Of a stretch of 39,278 bases of DNA, positions 1 through 9,200 are shown in pieces (position 1 is the stretch's first letter; each line of letters starts with the position of its first letter). The DNA is from a virus (taxonomy: Duplodnaviria; Caudoviricetes): IMG/VR virus record IMGVR_UViG_3300012347_000137, positions 1-39,278 of that record; one strand, given 5' to 3'. The notes under the pieces were generated by a model. It was not told the DNA's origin, did no database searches, and was given only the letters and a program-made list of their open reading frames with translations. Position numbers and translations under genes: made by a program.

Positions 1-55
1 AAGGCATCCAAGGCATTCAGGGCTTGCAAGGCATTCAAGGTGTTGCAGGTGCCAA
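1..55. repeat. 55-bp terminal overlap, copy 1 (circular assembly junction)
   Basis: Bases 1-55 are identical to 39224-39278, and an ORF continues in frame across the join. Confidence 0.95.
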
Positions 56-203
56 AGGCGACCCCGGCGACGATGGCTTGAATGGTGCAGTCACTTCGAT
101 TGACACCGCGACAAAGACCGCCAGCTTGGTTGGCCGCAGCTCTGTGAGCGCCCGCTTGGTGTTGACGGCTGGCGTGCTTTCCATCGTGCTGACCACGGCA
201 TAA
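3..203 (+). CDS. 3' part of collagen-repeat tail fibre (continues from 38734 across the circular junction)
   Basis: Frame reads GIQGIQGLQGIQGVAGAKGDPGDDGLNG...SIVLTTA to TAA at 201-203, in frame with the ORF starting at 38734. Not in the ORF track. Confidence 0.88.
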   Translation, partial: GIQGIQGLQGIQGVAGAKGDPGDDGLNGAVTSIDTATKTASLVGRSSVSARLVLTAGVLSIVLTTA

Positions 204-213
204 AGGGCGACAC

Positions 214-918
214 ATGAACGCATTAACCCAACGCAACAAGACATTTGGCGAGCTTCTTACCGAGCTTCGCGCACGCTTGGGTTTTGTCACCCAAGGCTCT
301 GCATCCAAAGCCAACGAAGCCGTGCTCAAGAGCTTTTTGCAAGAGGCTCACGAATACGTTTATGGCCAGCTCGACCCGCCTGCATTGAAGAAACGCGCAG
401 TGCTCAAGCTGCAAGCTGGTTCGTCGTTGTACGACTGGCACGATGATGCAGAAGACGAAAACATTGACCCCGGCCAAGTGCTATCGGTGCACATCAAAGT
501 CTCTGACACCATCCGCGACCCAATGGCTCAAGGCATCACCGAGAGCGACCGCTCTTTCTCAAGCCTGCGCCAGCAGCCAACCAAATACGACACGTTGAAT
601 GGCCAGCTCGAAGTTTGGCCAACGCCCGGTCAAGTGTATGAACTCATCATCATGCACATTGCAGGCAAAGGCCGATTCGACCGCGCCAGCGACCGCAGCA
701 GCGTGCCAGACCGTTTGGTTTTCTTGTACGCACTGGCCAACGCCAAGGCGCACTATCGCCACCCGGATGCTCAAGTACCTGCCAAGACCTTTGAGGTCAT
801 GTTGAGCAATGAAAAGAGCAAGCAAAAAGAGAACACCCGTTATTTCGTGGGCACCAAAGCTGCATCGCGTGAGGGCCAAGTGGCTCGCACTGAAAACGGC
901 TACTCACTGCGAGCGTAA
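214..918 (+). CDS. Head-tail adaptor / tail tubular protein A-like
   Basis: 234 aa, directly before the nozzle-like gene. GQLEVWPTP motif is typical of podovirus adaptors. Confidence 0.6.
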   Translation: MNALTQRNKTFGELLTELRARLGFVTQGSASKANEAVLKSFLQEAHEYVYGQLDPPALKKRAVLKLQAGSSLYDWHDDAEDENIDPGQVLSVHIKVSDTIRDPMAQGITESDRSFSSLRQQPTKYDTLNGQLEVWPTPGQVYELIIMHIAGKGRFDRASDRSSVPDRLVFLYALANAKAHYRHPDAQVPAKTFEVMLSNEKSKQKENTRYFVGTKAASREGQVARTENGYSLRA

Positions 919-921
919 GAA

Positions 922-2310
922 ATGGCACAAATCACCTTCGACCGCTTCGACTTAGGTATTGACCTTCGCAAAGGTGCATCCGTATCGGATGCCAACCGCC
1001 TGCGCGAAATGAAAAACGCCTATGTCACCACGGGCTTGGCCACGCAAAAGCGCCCCGGCTTGGTCAAGGTGGCCGACTTGGAAGCTGGCACCAAGGGATT
1101 GTTTGCCGCGTTTGGCAAGCTGCACACGTTTTATGGCAGTGGCACCGTCACGCACGCCAATACGCTTTTCCAGTCGCACAAGGTCCAATACTCTGGCGGT
1201 GCTCGCCCGGTTGCCGACGTGCCTTATGCCGACGTGTTCAACGCCTTTATTTACTGCGCGGTGCAATACGACAACGGTACCGTGGAACACCACTACCTTG
1301 ACGGTAGCGCAGCCACTCACATTGCTGACACAAATTGCCCGGACACCAAAGGCGTGGTCAAGTTGTCGTCAAAGCTCTTTGCCATCAACGGCGACACCGT
1401 GCGTTTTTGCAAGACGGGCAACCCACGCGACTGGACCACGGCCAATGATGCTGGCTTCTTGCCCACGGGCTTGAACTCACGCGGCGACCGTTCGACCAAT
1501 GCCTTGGGCATCTACCAAAACAAGTTGGTGGCCCTGAGCCGTGACGGAGCACAAGTGTGGAGTGTTGACCCAAACCCGGCCAACATGAAGCTCGACGACA
1601 TCGTGGAGAACGTGGGCACCAGCTTTCCGCGCTCAGTGGCGTCGGTTGCGGGCGACTTGTATTTCTTGAGCGATTACGGCTTTCGCTCCATCACCACGTT
1701 GCAGCTCACCAGCAACTTGGCCGATGTGGACGTGGGTTCACCCATTGACGCGCTAGTGCGACCTGAGACAAAGGTGGCCGGGGTATTCCCACGGGCCTTC
1801 TATTTCTACGGCACTGGCCAATATATTTGCGCCATTGGCAACCGTTTATTCGTGTACTCAATCAGCCGCACGGCCAAGATTGCAGCATGGAGCCAATACT
1901 TCTTGACCCAGCCAGTCGATGCCTTCGCAGAGCTTGGCCAAGAGCTTTACATCCGCAGCGGTGACAGTGTTTACAAGCTCGACCCAGCGGTGAGCACCGA
2001 TGACGGCACCCAGTTTGAGGTGTTGCTCGACCTGCCTTACATGAACTTCAAGACGCCCGGCCAGCTCAAGCGCATCTATGGCGCTGACGTGGTGATTGAT
2101 GGCAAGTGCGAGTTTTCCGTGGGATTTGATGTGCGCGACCCGGACGCCTTCACGCTGCCCGTCAAGGTCAAGGGCAACACCCGCCCGGCTGGAATGATTC
2201 CCGTGGAGTGTTGCGGTACCGAGTTTGCGCTTCGTTTCCGAAACTATGACGCAGCCACATTCCGCTTGGATTCCGTCACCTTGTACTACGACGTTTTGGG
2301 TCCGATGTAA
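922..2310 (+). CDS. Tail nozzle / packaged-DNA stabilisation protein (P22 gp10 or T7 gp12-like)
   Basis: 462 aa, beta-rich, N-terminal KRPGL and late AWS motifs. Lies between adaptor and ejection genes. Confidence 0.65.
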   Translation: MAQITFDRFDLGIDLRKGASVSDANRLREMKNAYVTTGLATQKRPGLVKVADLEAGTKGLFAAFGKLHTFYGSGTVTHANTLFQSHKVQYSGGARPVADVPYADVFNAFIYCAVQYDNGTVEHHYLDGSAATHIADTNCPDTKGVVKLSSKLFAINGDTVRFCKTGNPRDWTTANDAGFLPTGLNSRGDRSTNALGIYQNKLVALSRDGAQVWSVDPNPANMKLDDIVENVGTSFPRSVASVAGDLYFLSDYGFRSITTLQLTSNLADVDVGSPIDALVRPETKVAGVFPRAFYFYGTGQYICAIGNRLFVYSISRTAKIAAWSQYFLTQPVDAFAELGQELYIRSGDSVYKLDPAVSTDDGTQFEVLLDLPYMNFKTPGQLKRIYGADVVIDGKCEFSVGFDVRDPDAFTLPVKVKGNTRPAGMIPVECCGTEFALRFRNYDAATFRLDSVTLYYDVLGPM

Positions 2311-2727
2311 ATGAACGTCACATTTATCACCAGCCCTGAGCTTTTGGCACAAAAATTCCATATAGCAGCGCCTTTGCTGCAACCCGTGATTGACCAAGCT
2401 GCACGCGGCGAATTCACGCTCAAGGACATTGAGCGAATGACCGCAGAAGGCAAGGTAATCACGGCAGTGGCAGAGCATGATGGTGTTGGCAAGATTGCAA
2501 TGGCTTTTGAGTTTGTCCATTACCCACAAACCTTGGCCGTCAATGTGATGGCATTGGGTGGTAGTGGATTGGATGAAGCAGCCACAGAGTTTTGGGACGC
2601 CTTCAAGTCATGGTGCAAAGACGCTGGCGCTTCTGTGATTGAGGCGTCATGCAGCGATGCAATGGCACGGATGCTTGGACGAATTGGATTTGAAACTGTT
2701 TATCGCGTTGTACGCGCAGAGTTGTGA
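2311..2727 (+). CDS. GNAT-fold-like virion assembly protein (P22 gp14 / T7 gp13 position)
   Basis: 138 aa with C-terminal ARMLGRIGFE resembling GNAT motif B. Sits ahead of the ejection genes. Confidence 0.5.
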   Translation: MNVTFITSPELLAQKFHIAAPLLQPVIDQAARGEFTLKDIERMTAEGKVITAVAEHDGVGKIAMAFEFVHYPQTLAVNVMALGGSGLDEAATEFWDAFKSWCKDAGASVIEASCSDAMARMLGRIGFETVYRVVRAEL

Positions 2728-2740
2728 GCCGGAGGAAAAG

Positions 2741-3640
2741 ATGCAATCACGAATGACAATGGAAGAACTGGATGCCCAGTTGTCGGCAGAGTTTGGCGGG
2801 CCAGCCATTGGTGCATGGCCACGCAACAAAGGTGAACGCATCCGACCCCACAAAGGTGGCGGCGGTGGTGATGGTGGCGCAGGCCAGCGAGAGGCCGAGC
2901 GTCAAGCACGCATCAAAGCAGCAACCGAAGAAATCAACAACATTTTCAACAACAAGGTCAAGCAAACGCGCACCATTTACAAAGACCCAAATGGCAATGC
3001 AATTACAAAAGACCAATATGACTTATTTAGCGCACTGCCAAACGGAAGCGATGGATTGATTAACTGGGATGGATTAAAGCCAACAGCAACCAATGAAGAT
3101 TATTGGATTGATGGCGACCCAGCCAACTCGCGCGAAACCATGTATGCAGGCCAAAAAGCTGCCGTGTACGACCTCAACAAAAAAGAGGTGGACCGTCAAG
3201 CAGTAGAGGCCGAGCGCACAAACCGATTTGGCTTGGCCCGCACTGGTTTGCTGGGTAGCTCAGTCGATGTCGACAGCAACCAAGAACTTGACCGACGCAC
3301 CAACGAAGGTTTGATGCGAGCTGGCGGCATTGCCGACCAGTCAGCCGCAGATTTCCGCGTTGCCGATGAGCGCACGCGCTCGAACCTAATCAGCATGGCC
3401 CAGTCAGGCATTGACACGGGTACCGCTGCACAAATGGCGCTTGGCGGATTGAAGGCCAACGCCGACAGCGTGGCACAAGCCCGCGCAGGTTCGACCGTGG
3501 GCAGTTTGTTCAATGACTTGAGCCAAGCGTATTTGATGAACCAAGTTAATGCAGGACGCGCAGCAGGCACGCAAGTTGGTGGCCAGTGGTACGGCGTTTC
3601 AAACCCACGTCAAACAACTCAAGGCACTGTGCAAAGCTAA
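2741..3640 (+). CDS. Internal virion / DNA ejection protein (P22 gp7-like leader)
   Basis: ATG 2741 follows GGAGG at 2731, a better start than the ORF-track 2639. 299 aa, PHKGGGGG motif, Ala/Gln/Gly-rich helical body. Confidence 0.6.
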   Translation: MQSRMTMEELDAQLSAEFGGPAIGAWPRNKGERIRPHKGGGGGDGGAGQREAERQARIKAATEEINNIFNNKVKQTRTIYKDPNGNAITKDQYDLFSALPNGSDGLINWDGLKPTATNEDYWIDGDPANSRETMYAGQKAAVYDLNKKEVDRQAVEAERTNRFGLARTGLLGSSVDVDSNQELDRRTNEGLMRAGGIADQSAADFRVADERTRSNLISMAQSGIDTGTAAQMALGGLKANADSVAQARAGSTVGSLFNDLSQAYLMNQVNAGRAAGTQVGGQWYGVSNPRQTTQGTVQS

Positions 3641-3643
3641 AAC

Positions 3644-4132
3644 ATGCAAGAGCTAGTCGTCACCAGCCAACACCAAATTGCCACTACTGGCAATGCGTGC
3701 CTGCCTGCAATGACACAAGACGAAATCAACAAGGTGAAGTTCTTGGAAGATTTCTCACGCTCGCTTTGCGAACAGGAAGAAATGCCGACTGAGCATTTGA
3801 TTCATGGCGGCATGTATGCACGCACGCTTCACATGAAAGCGGGCACTGTGATGACAGGTGCGCTTTTGAAGTTGCCAACTACTTTGATTGTTGCGGGCGA
3901 CTGCGCGGTGTTCATTGGTGAAGAAACCATCGAGCTTCGTGGTTATTCAGTGCTACCCGGAAGCGCTAACCGCAAGCAGGCATTTTTTGCTCACACAGAC
4001 GTGAGCATGACCATGCTATTTCCAACACAAGCCAAGACAGTTGCACAAGCAGAGCAAGAGTTCACCGATGACTATGAGCTTTTGATGAGCAATTTTCAAG
4101 ATTGTGTGACCACACGAATTACAGGAGAGTGA
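3644..4132 (+). CDS. Cupin-like phage protein
   Basis: 162 aa. EHLIHGGMYARTLHMKAGTVMTG pattern of cupin-like proteins seen among ejection genes. Confidence 0.5.
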   Translation: MQELVVTSQHQIATTGNACLPAMTQDEINKVKFLEDFSRSLCEQEEMPTEHLIHGGMYARTLHMKAGTVMTGALLKLPTTLIVAGDCAVFIGEETIELRGYSVLPGSANRKQAFFAHTDVSMTMLFPTQAKTVAQAEQEFTDDYELLMSNFQDCVTTRITGE

Positions 4133-4133
4133 C

Positions 4134-4871
4134 ATGGCAGGTGCATTAACCGCAACCCAAATTGCCGCGCTGGCGGCGATGGTTGCTGGCTCTTACATGC
4201 AGTATCAAGCGAATACTGAGGCAGCAGACCGCCAGCAATCCGCAATCCGGCAAAGCCTTGACCGCCAAGCCGAATTGCAAAAGCAAGCCGAGAAGAAAGC
4301 GCTCGACACAGCTGGCAAGTTTGCGCCCGGCGACCGCGCCAAAGAACAGGCTGCGATTGAGGACCAAATCGCCACTGACTTGATGGCCCCGGTAAGCGAG
4401 AGCCAACAGATTCGAGCGCAACAGAGCACGACCCAAGGCGATGTGTCCAACGACTACTCAGACGCCAAGGCGGCGTCGACAGCGGCTTCGCTCAAGTCAG
4501 CCGAACAACTGGCCCGCTTGCTGGGTAAAACAACTTCGGCCAACCGCCTGCAAATGAATGAGGGCATCCGAATGCTCGATTCTGGCCAAGCGATTGACCA
4601 GCTCAACAGCTTCTCGCGTGGCCAACAAGCTGCCGACCAAATCGGCATCCAAGTTGCTGGTCGACCAGATGCCGAAAAGGTTTTCATGGGTAGCCTGCTA
4701 TCAACCGCAGGAAGCGCCGGGATGATGTACGGCGGCGGTGGTACCGGAAGCGTCACACCCGCGCAAGCAAATGCAGCAAACGCAACGGCTGACCCCATTG
4801 CCTCACTCAATGCCCAAAAGGGCTGGACAGGTGGCAACGATTCTTGGTTAAGCGCATTCCTCAAGAGGTAA
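4134..4871 (+). CDS. Internal virion / ejection protein (T7 gp14-like)
   Basis: 245 aa with hydrophobic Ala-rich N-terminus, Gln/Ala coiled coil and Gly/Ser-rich C-terminus. RBS AGGAG upstream. Confidence 0.6.
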   Translation: MAGALTATQIAALAAMVAGSYMQYQANTEAADRQQSAIRQSLDRQAELQKQAEKKALDTAGKFAPGDRAKEQAAIEDQIATDLMAPVSESQQIRAQQSTTQGDVSNDYSDAKAASTAASLKSAEQLARLLGKTTSANRLQMNEGIRMLDSGQAIDQLNSFSRGQQAADQIGIQVAGRPDAEKVFMGSLLSTAGSAGMMYGGGGTGSVTPAQANAANATADPIASLNAQKGWTGGNDSWLSAFLKR

Positions 4872-4876
4872 GAAAT

Positions 4877-6226
4877 ATGAATTTCACAATCGACGGAAGC
4901 GGCGGTGCTATGGCGGCTGGCCAAGGTCTTGGCAATATGTTCAAGGCAGCAGCGATGGCCCCGATGTACCGCCAACAAGCCGAAGCTGATTCCGCACTCA
5001 AGGGTGCGCAGCTCTATCACCACACGATGGCTGGCAATAAAGCCGGGGTGGAAGCCGAGCAAAAGCGTGGCGCGTTGTCCATTCAGAATGACCCGCTCGA
5101 AAACACCATGCTGAGTTTGGGACTGCCAACAAACCTTGCACCAGCTTTCCGAAACAAGCTGGCCACGGGTGACTTTGGCGGCGCATACACAGCACCAGCC
5201 GATGGCGTTGGGCCAGTCATGCCAGCGCCAGCCGATGCCGATACCGTCAAGAAGTTGGCCCAAGCAATGTCGCTCACTCAGCGCATGTTTGCCACGGGCA
5301 GCAACGTGCACCAAGGCGCACAAGCTGCACTGGAAGAACAGAAGGCACGCGGCATTGATGCCGTGATAGCCAACCCGGCGCTCGCTGGCAACTATGGCAA
5401 GGCCAATGCAGCAGCAGCAGGCAAGCCACTTTTTGACAACGTGGGCAATACGGGTTACAGCATTGACAGCTTCACAGGTGGACAAGCAGAAGCCAACCCA
5501 GTTTTGGCCAAGATTTTCTCAGCCGTCGAAAACTCCAAGGCAAACGAGAACAACGCTCAAGCGGGCAATGCAAATGCGCAAAAGCGCAAGCACACGCTCG
5601 AAGGCGATGCACTCGCAGGCGCAGCAGACAACGGTGGCAGCGGTAAGCCGCTCACCAATTCCCAGCTTCGTGCCAATGAAGACGTGGAAGCTGCACGCAA
5701 GTACGTCACCGACTTGCCACGCGAGACCGTGGCAACCGTGTTGCGCAAGAATGAAATGGACTTGACGCCACAGGACAAAGACGTTTTGGCCCGCATCAAG
5801 AAAGCCCGCACCGCCAAGTTTGGTGAGAAGGGCGTGCCCGACCAGTACAACGACATGCTTGGACTTGACCAAGCCGTGGTGCAGCAACTCGCCACCGCAT
5901 TGGCCAACCCCGGCACCAAACAAGCTGGCGTACTTTCCAAGCTCTTTGGCGGTACCGACCAGCCTGCAACAGAAGAAGACGCTATCAAAGACGTGTTGGC
6001 CAAGTTGTCGCAAACCGAACAAGCCAACCAAGGCGCTTATGTCGCGGCAGCGAAACAAAAGAATCGCAACGCAGCACCCGCGCCGGCAGGTGACAAAAAT
6101 CCGGCAGGTGGTGGTGGCACTCCCAAAATTGAGGCCAAAGTCCCCGCAGGCTACAAACAGATTGGCACCTCAAATGGCAAGCCAGTCTATCAAGGGCCAG
6201 ACGGGAAAAAATACGTTATGGAGTGA
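4877..6226 (+). CDS. Internal virion / ejection protein
   Basis: 449 aa from ATG 4877, Ala/Gln/Asn-rich, ending GKPVYQGPDGKKYV. Directly precedes the giant protein. Confidence 0.55.
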   Translation: MNFTIDGSGGAMAAGQGLGNMFKAAAMAPMYRQQAEADSALKGAQLYHHTMAGNKAGVEAEQKRGALSIQNDPLENTMLSLGLPTNLAPAFRNKLATGDFGGAYTAPADGVGPVMPAPADADTVKKLAQAMSLTQRMFATGSNVHQGAQAALEEQKARGIDAVIANPALAGNYGKANAAAAGKPLFDNVGNTGYSIDSFTGGQAEANPVLAKIFSAVENSKANENNAQAGNANAQKRKHTLEGDALAGAADNGGSGKPLTNSQLRANEDVEAARKYVTDLPRETVATVLRKNEMDLTPQDKDVLARIKKARTAKFGEKGVPDQYNDMLGLDQAVVQQLATALANPGTKQAGVLSKLFGGTDQPATEEDAIKDVLAKLSQTEQANQGAYVAAAKQKNRNAAPAPAGDKNPAGGGGTPKIEAKVPAGYKQIGTSNGKPVYQGPDGKKYVME

Positions 6227-6229
6227 TAA

Positions 6230-9200
6230 ATGGCCTTACGAGAGTTCGACGGGAAACTTGACGAAACCCCCAAGTTAAAAGAGTTCACCGGGAACCTCGA
6301 TGGCGATGGCCAAAGCTCCGTGCTTGGTGACGCTGGCGCTGCAATCAAATCGCTTTTTTCGCCCAAGCCTGAGAGCGTGATGGAAGGTTTGCCGCCAAAC
6401 CCGGCAGCCTTCGACTTCTCCACTGCAAGCCGTTTGTCGCGCAAGCTCGATGACAACGCGCAGCGCCAAAAAGACTTTGGCACCATTGGACCGATTGTTG
6501 GCCCCAAGCCTTCAACAATGAGCATCATCAATGGCTTGTTCACCGACGTGGTGGCAGGCGGTAAGGCGGCACGCGCAGGTATCAACCAAATGGCTGGCGA
6601 CATGGCTGGCTCTGAGTACCTGCAAGACAAGGCACGACGCGAGCGTGGCCAAGCCGACTTGATGACGGCGGTAAATACCCCTGATTTTGAGAGTGACACA
6701 GCGCGAGCCGTTTATGGTGGCTTGTCAAGCACTGCCCGCATGGTGCCTTCGCTGGCGGCTGCCATCGTCACCAAAAACCCTGAGCTTGCGCTTGGTGGCA
6801 TGGTGGCACCGATGGTGCCGGATGCTTATGGCAAATATCGCCAGCGTGGAGCAACGCCCGGCGAGGCTTTGCCCGCAGCAGTGGGCGAGGCAGGCATCGA
6901 ATATTTCACCGAGAAAATGCCAATGGGCTTCTTGGTGAAAAACTTTGGCAAGGTTGGTGCGACCAAGATGATTACGGGATTCATCGCACGCGATGCGTTG
7001 CCCGAACAAGTGGCCACACTCACACAAGACGCCATCGACACGGCAGTGGCAAACCCCGACAAGACATGGGGCGAGTACATGGCCGAGCGCCCCGGCGCTG
7101 CCTATCAAACATTGGTGGCAACTGGCACACAAGCTGGCTTGATGGGTGGAGCCAATGCAGCAATGAACCGACTGTCACGCAGTCAAGCACCAGCACAATC
7201 AACAGAGCCAACCGCTGCCGATTACCAAGCAGCCGTGCAGAAAATCTTTGGCACTGGCCAAGCACCAACAGCGCCAGTGCAGCAATCGCCCGTATCGCAG
7301 CCACAAGCCGCTCAAATCACCCCAGTGTTACCAGCGCCCCAAGAAGTCGAACAAGCGCCCCAGCAGGCCATTCAATCATTGGCCCAGCTCATCACAAGCA
7401 CGGCCACCCAAGACAGCCCGCTCAATGTGCCCAAGCTCACACCCGTGGCCGACGACATTAAGCTCGACACGGAGACCCAAGCCAATGGCGCAGAAAATGT
7501 TTTACAGCCCGTGGATTCAAATGCCGTTGGAGCAGGGACACTTGACCCAGCAGCAGGCGTGGAATCTGTGCAACGAGTTCTCGATACCGGGAAACTGGAC
7601 ATCACAGGAAATGCAGCAACTGAGCCAACGGTGCGCACTGCACCACTGGAACCCGCTGGACAATTACCAGAGCAAATCGCACCTGCAACAGAGCAACCCG
7701 CTGCCAATGTAGCGGCACCAGTTACGCAGCCTGCCACCTTGGTGGCTACCGAGGCAGGGGCCGGGGGTGCCCAGCCGTTGCAGGCTGCATCTACACCAAC
7801 ACCCAAGGCATTGACTGGCTACATTGGCCAAGACGGCACCAGCATCGACGATGGTGGCACGCCATTCAAATCCAAGCTGGAAGCACAAAAAGCCAAGAAG
7901 CTGCAACCCATGATGCGCGTCAAGCAAGTGGTTGGCGGCTTTGTGCTTGCTGACAAGACGCCCGCGCAGCTTGCCGCCGAGGAAAAGGCAGCCAAGCGAA
8001 TTCGTGGTGCCAACGCAGAAGCAGGCTCAAAGGGCAAGCCAATGGCCGCGCACGAGTTCATTGCATCGCGTGGCGGCATGGCCCCAAGTGAGCGCTCAGA
8101 CCTTGGCATTGAGGGCAATGTGAAAATCGGCAACCGCTGGCTCTTTGCAGGCAAGGGCAAAGGCATGACCATTGCGCAGGCCACCGAAGCGCTGCAAGAG
8201 GCTGGCTATCTCAAAGAAGACAGCCACAACGCAGCGTATGACTTAATCAAGCGCAGCGTCAGCAATCCCCAATACACCGACGAAGGCTGGGAAGGCGTCG
8301 CAGAGCTTGAGCGACAAACCCAGTTTGAAGACTACTTGGCGCAACAGAATGAGGCCGAAGACGCACTGGGTCCATTGGATGCGTCCGACTACACTGGCGA
8401 CACAGGTTATGAACCTGCAAGCGAGGAACTGCAAGCAGAAGTCCGAGCACTGATTGAACAGCTCGAAGCCGCTGGCATTGATTCTGAATTGCTGATGGAT
8501 GAAGCGGTACGCGAAAACGTAAATAAGTCAGACGAGGAATACTATGACAGCGCAAAACAAAAACTCACAAATGCCCTCACACAAAATGCTCGAAGCGGCA
8601 GCAATGAACCAAATGGCGGAAATGCTCAAGGGCGACAAGGGCAAGAAACCGTCGATGGAAGCCGCGCAGATAGCGGCCAAGTTGATGGCCAACCGAGCAA
8701 TGCGGGACCAACAAGCGAAGTTGGCCAAGAAAGCCCCGACCAAGGGCTGACCAGCTACACGCCTCAAGAAATTGAGGACCGCTTGGCCAAGCTCGAACAG
8801 GCCGAGCAAGAACGCAAACGCCTAGACCGCGAGGCAGAACAAAACGCCAAGGCAGAGCGCGAGGCAAAAGACATTGCCGACCGTCAGCGTGCCAGCTCAG
8901 ACAACTTTCAGCTTGGCCAAAGCGCCGAAGATTCATTGTCGGGCCAGCAAGATATTTTCAGCGCCCCGGCACAAGAAGAAGCGCAGGCAGAGCCAGCGCC
9001 AGAAGCGACGCCAGCAGCACCATCCAAGCCAGCACGCAAACGCAAAGAGAGCACCGCAGAATTACGCGCCAAACTCGAAGACCACTTCGCAGTGGGCAAC
9101 ATCATCAAGAGCGACTATTGGAAAACCAACAGCCGCGTCATATCTTTTGACTGGAATGGCGGCAACTGGTCCGTGACCGTTGAAGGCGTTGGCAAGCGTG

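Noticed and set aside
1-55. Physical direct terminal repeat of the virion DNA
   Set aside because: 55 nt is a common assembler k-mer and the repeat falls mid-ORF, so it is best read as circular-assembly overlap.
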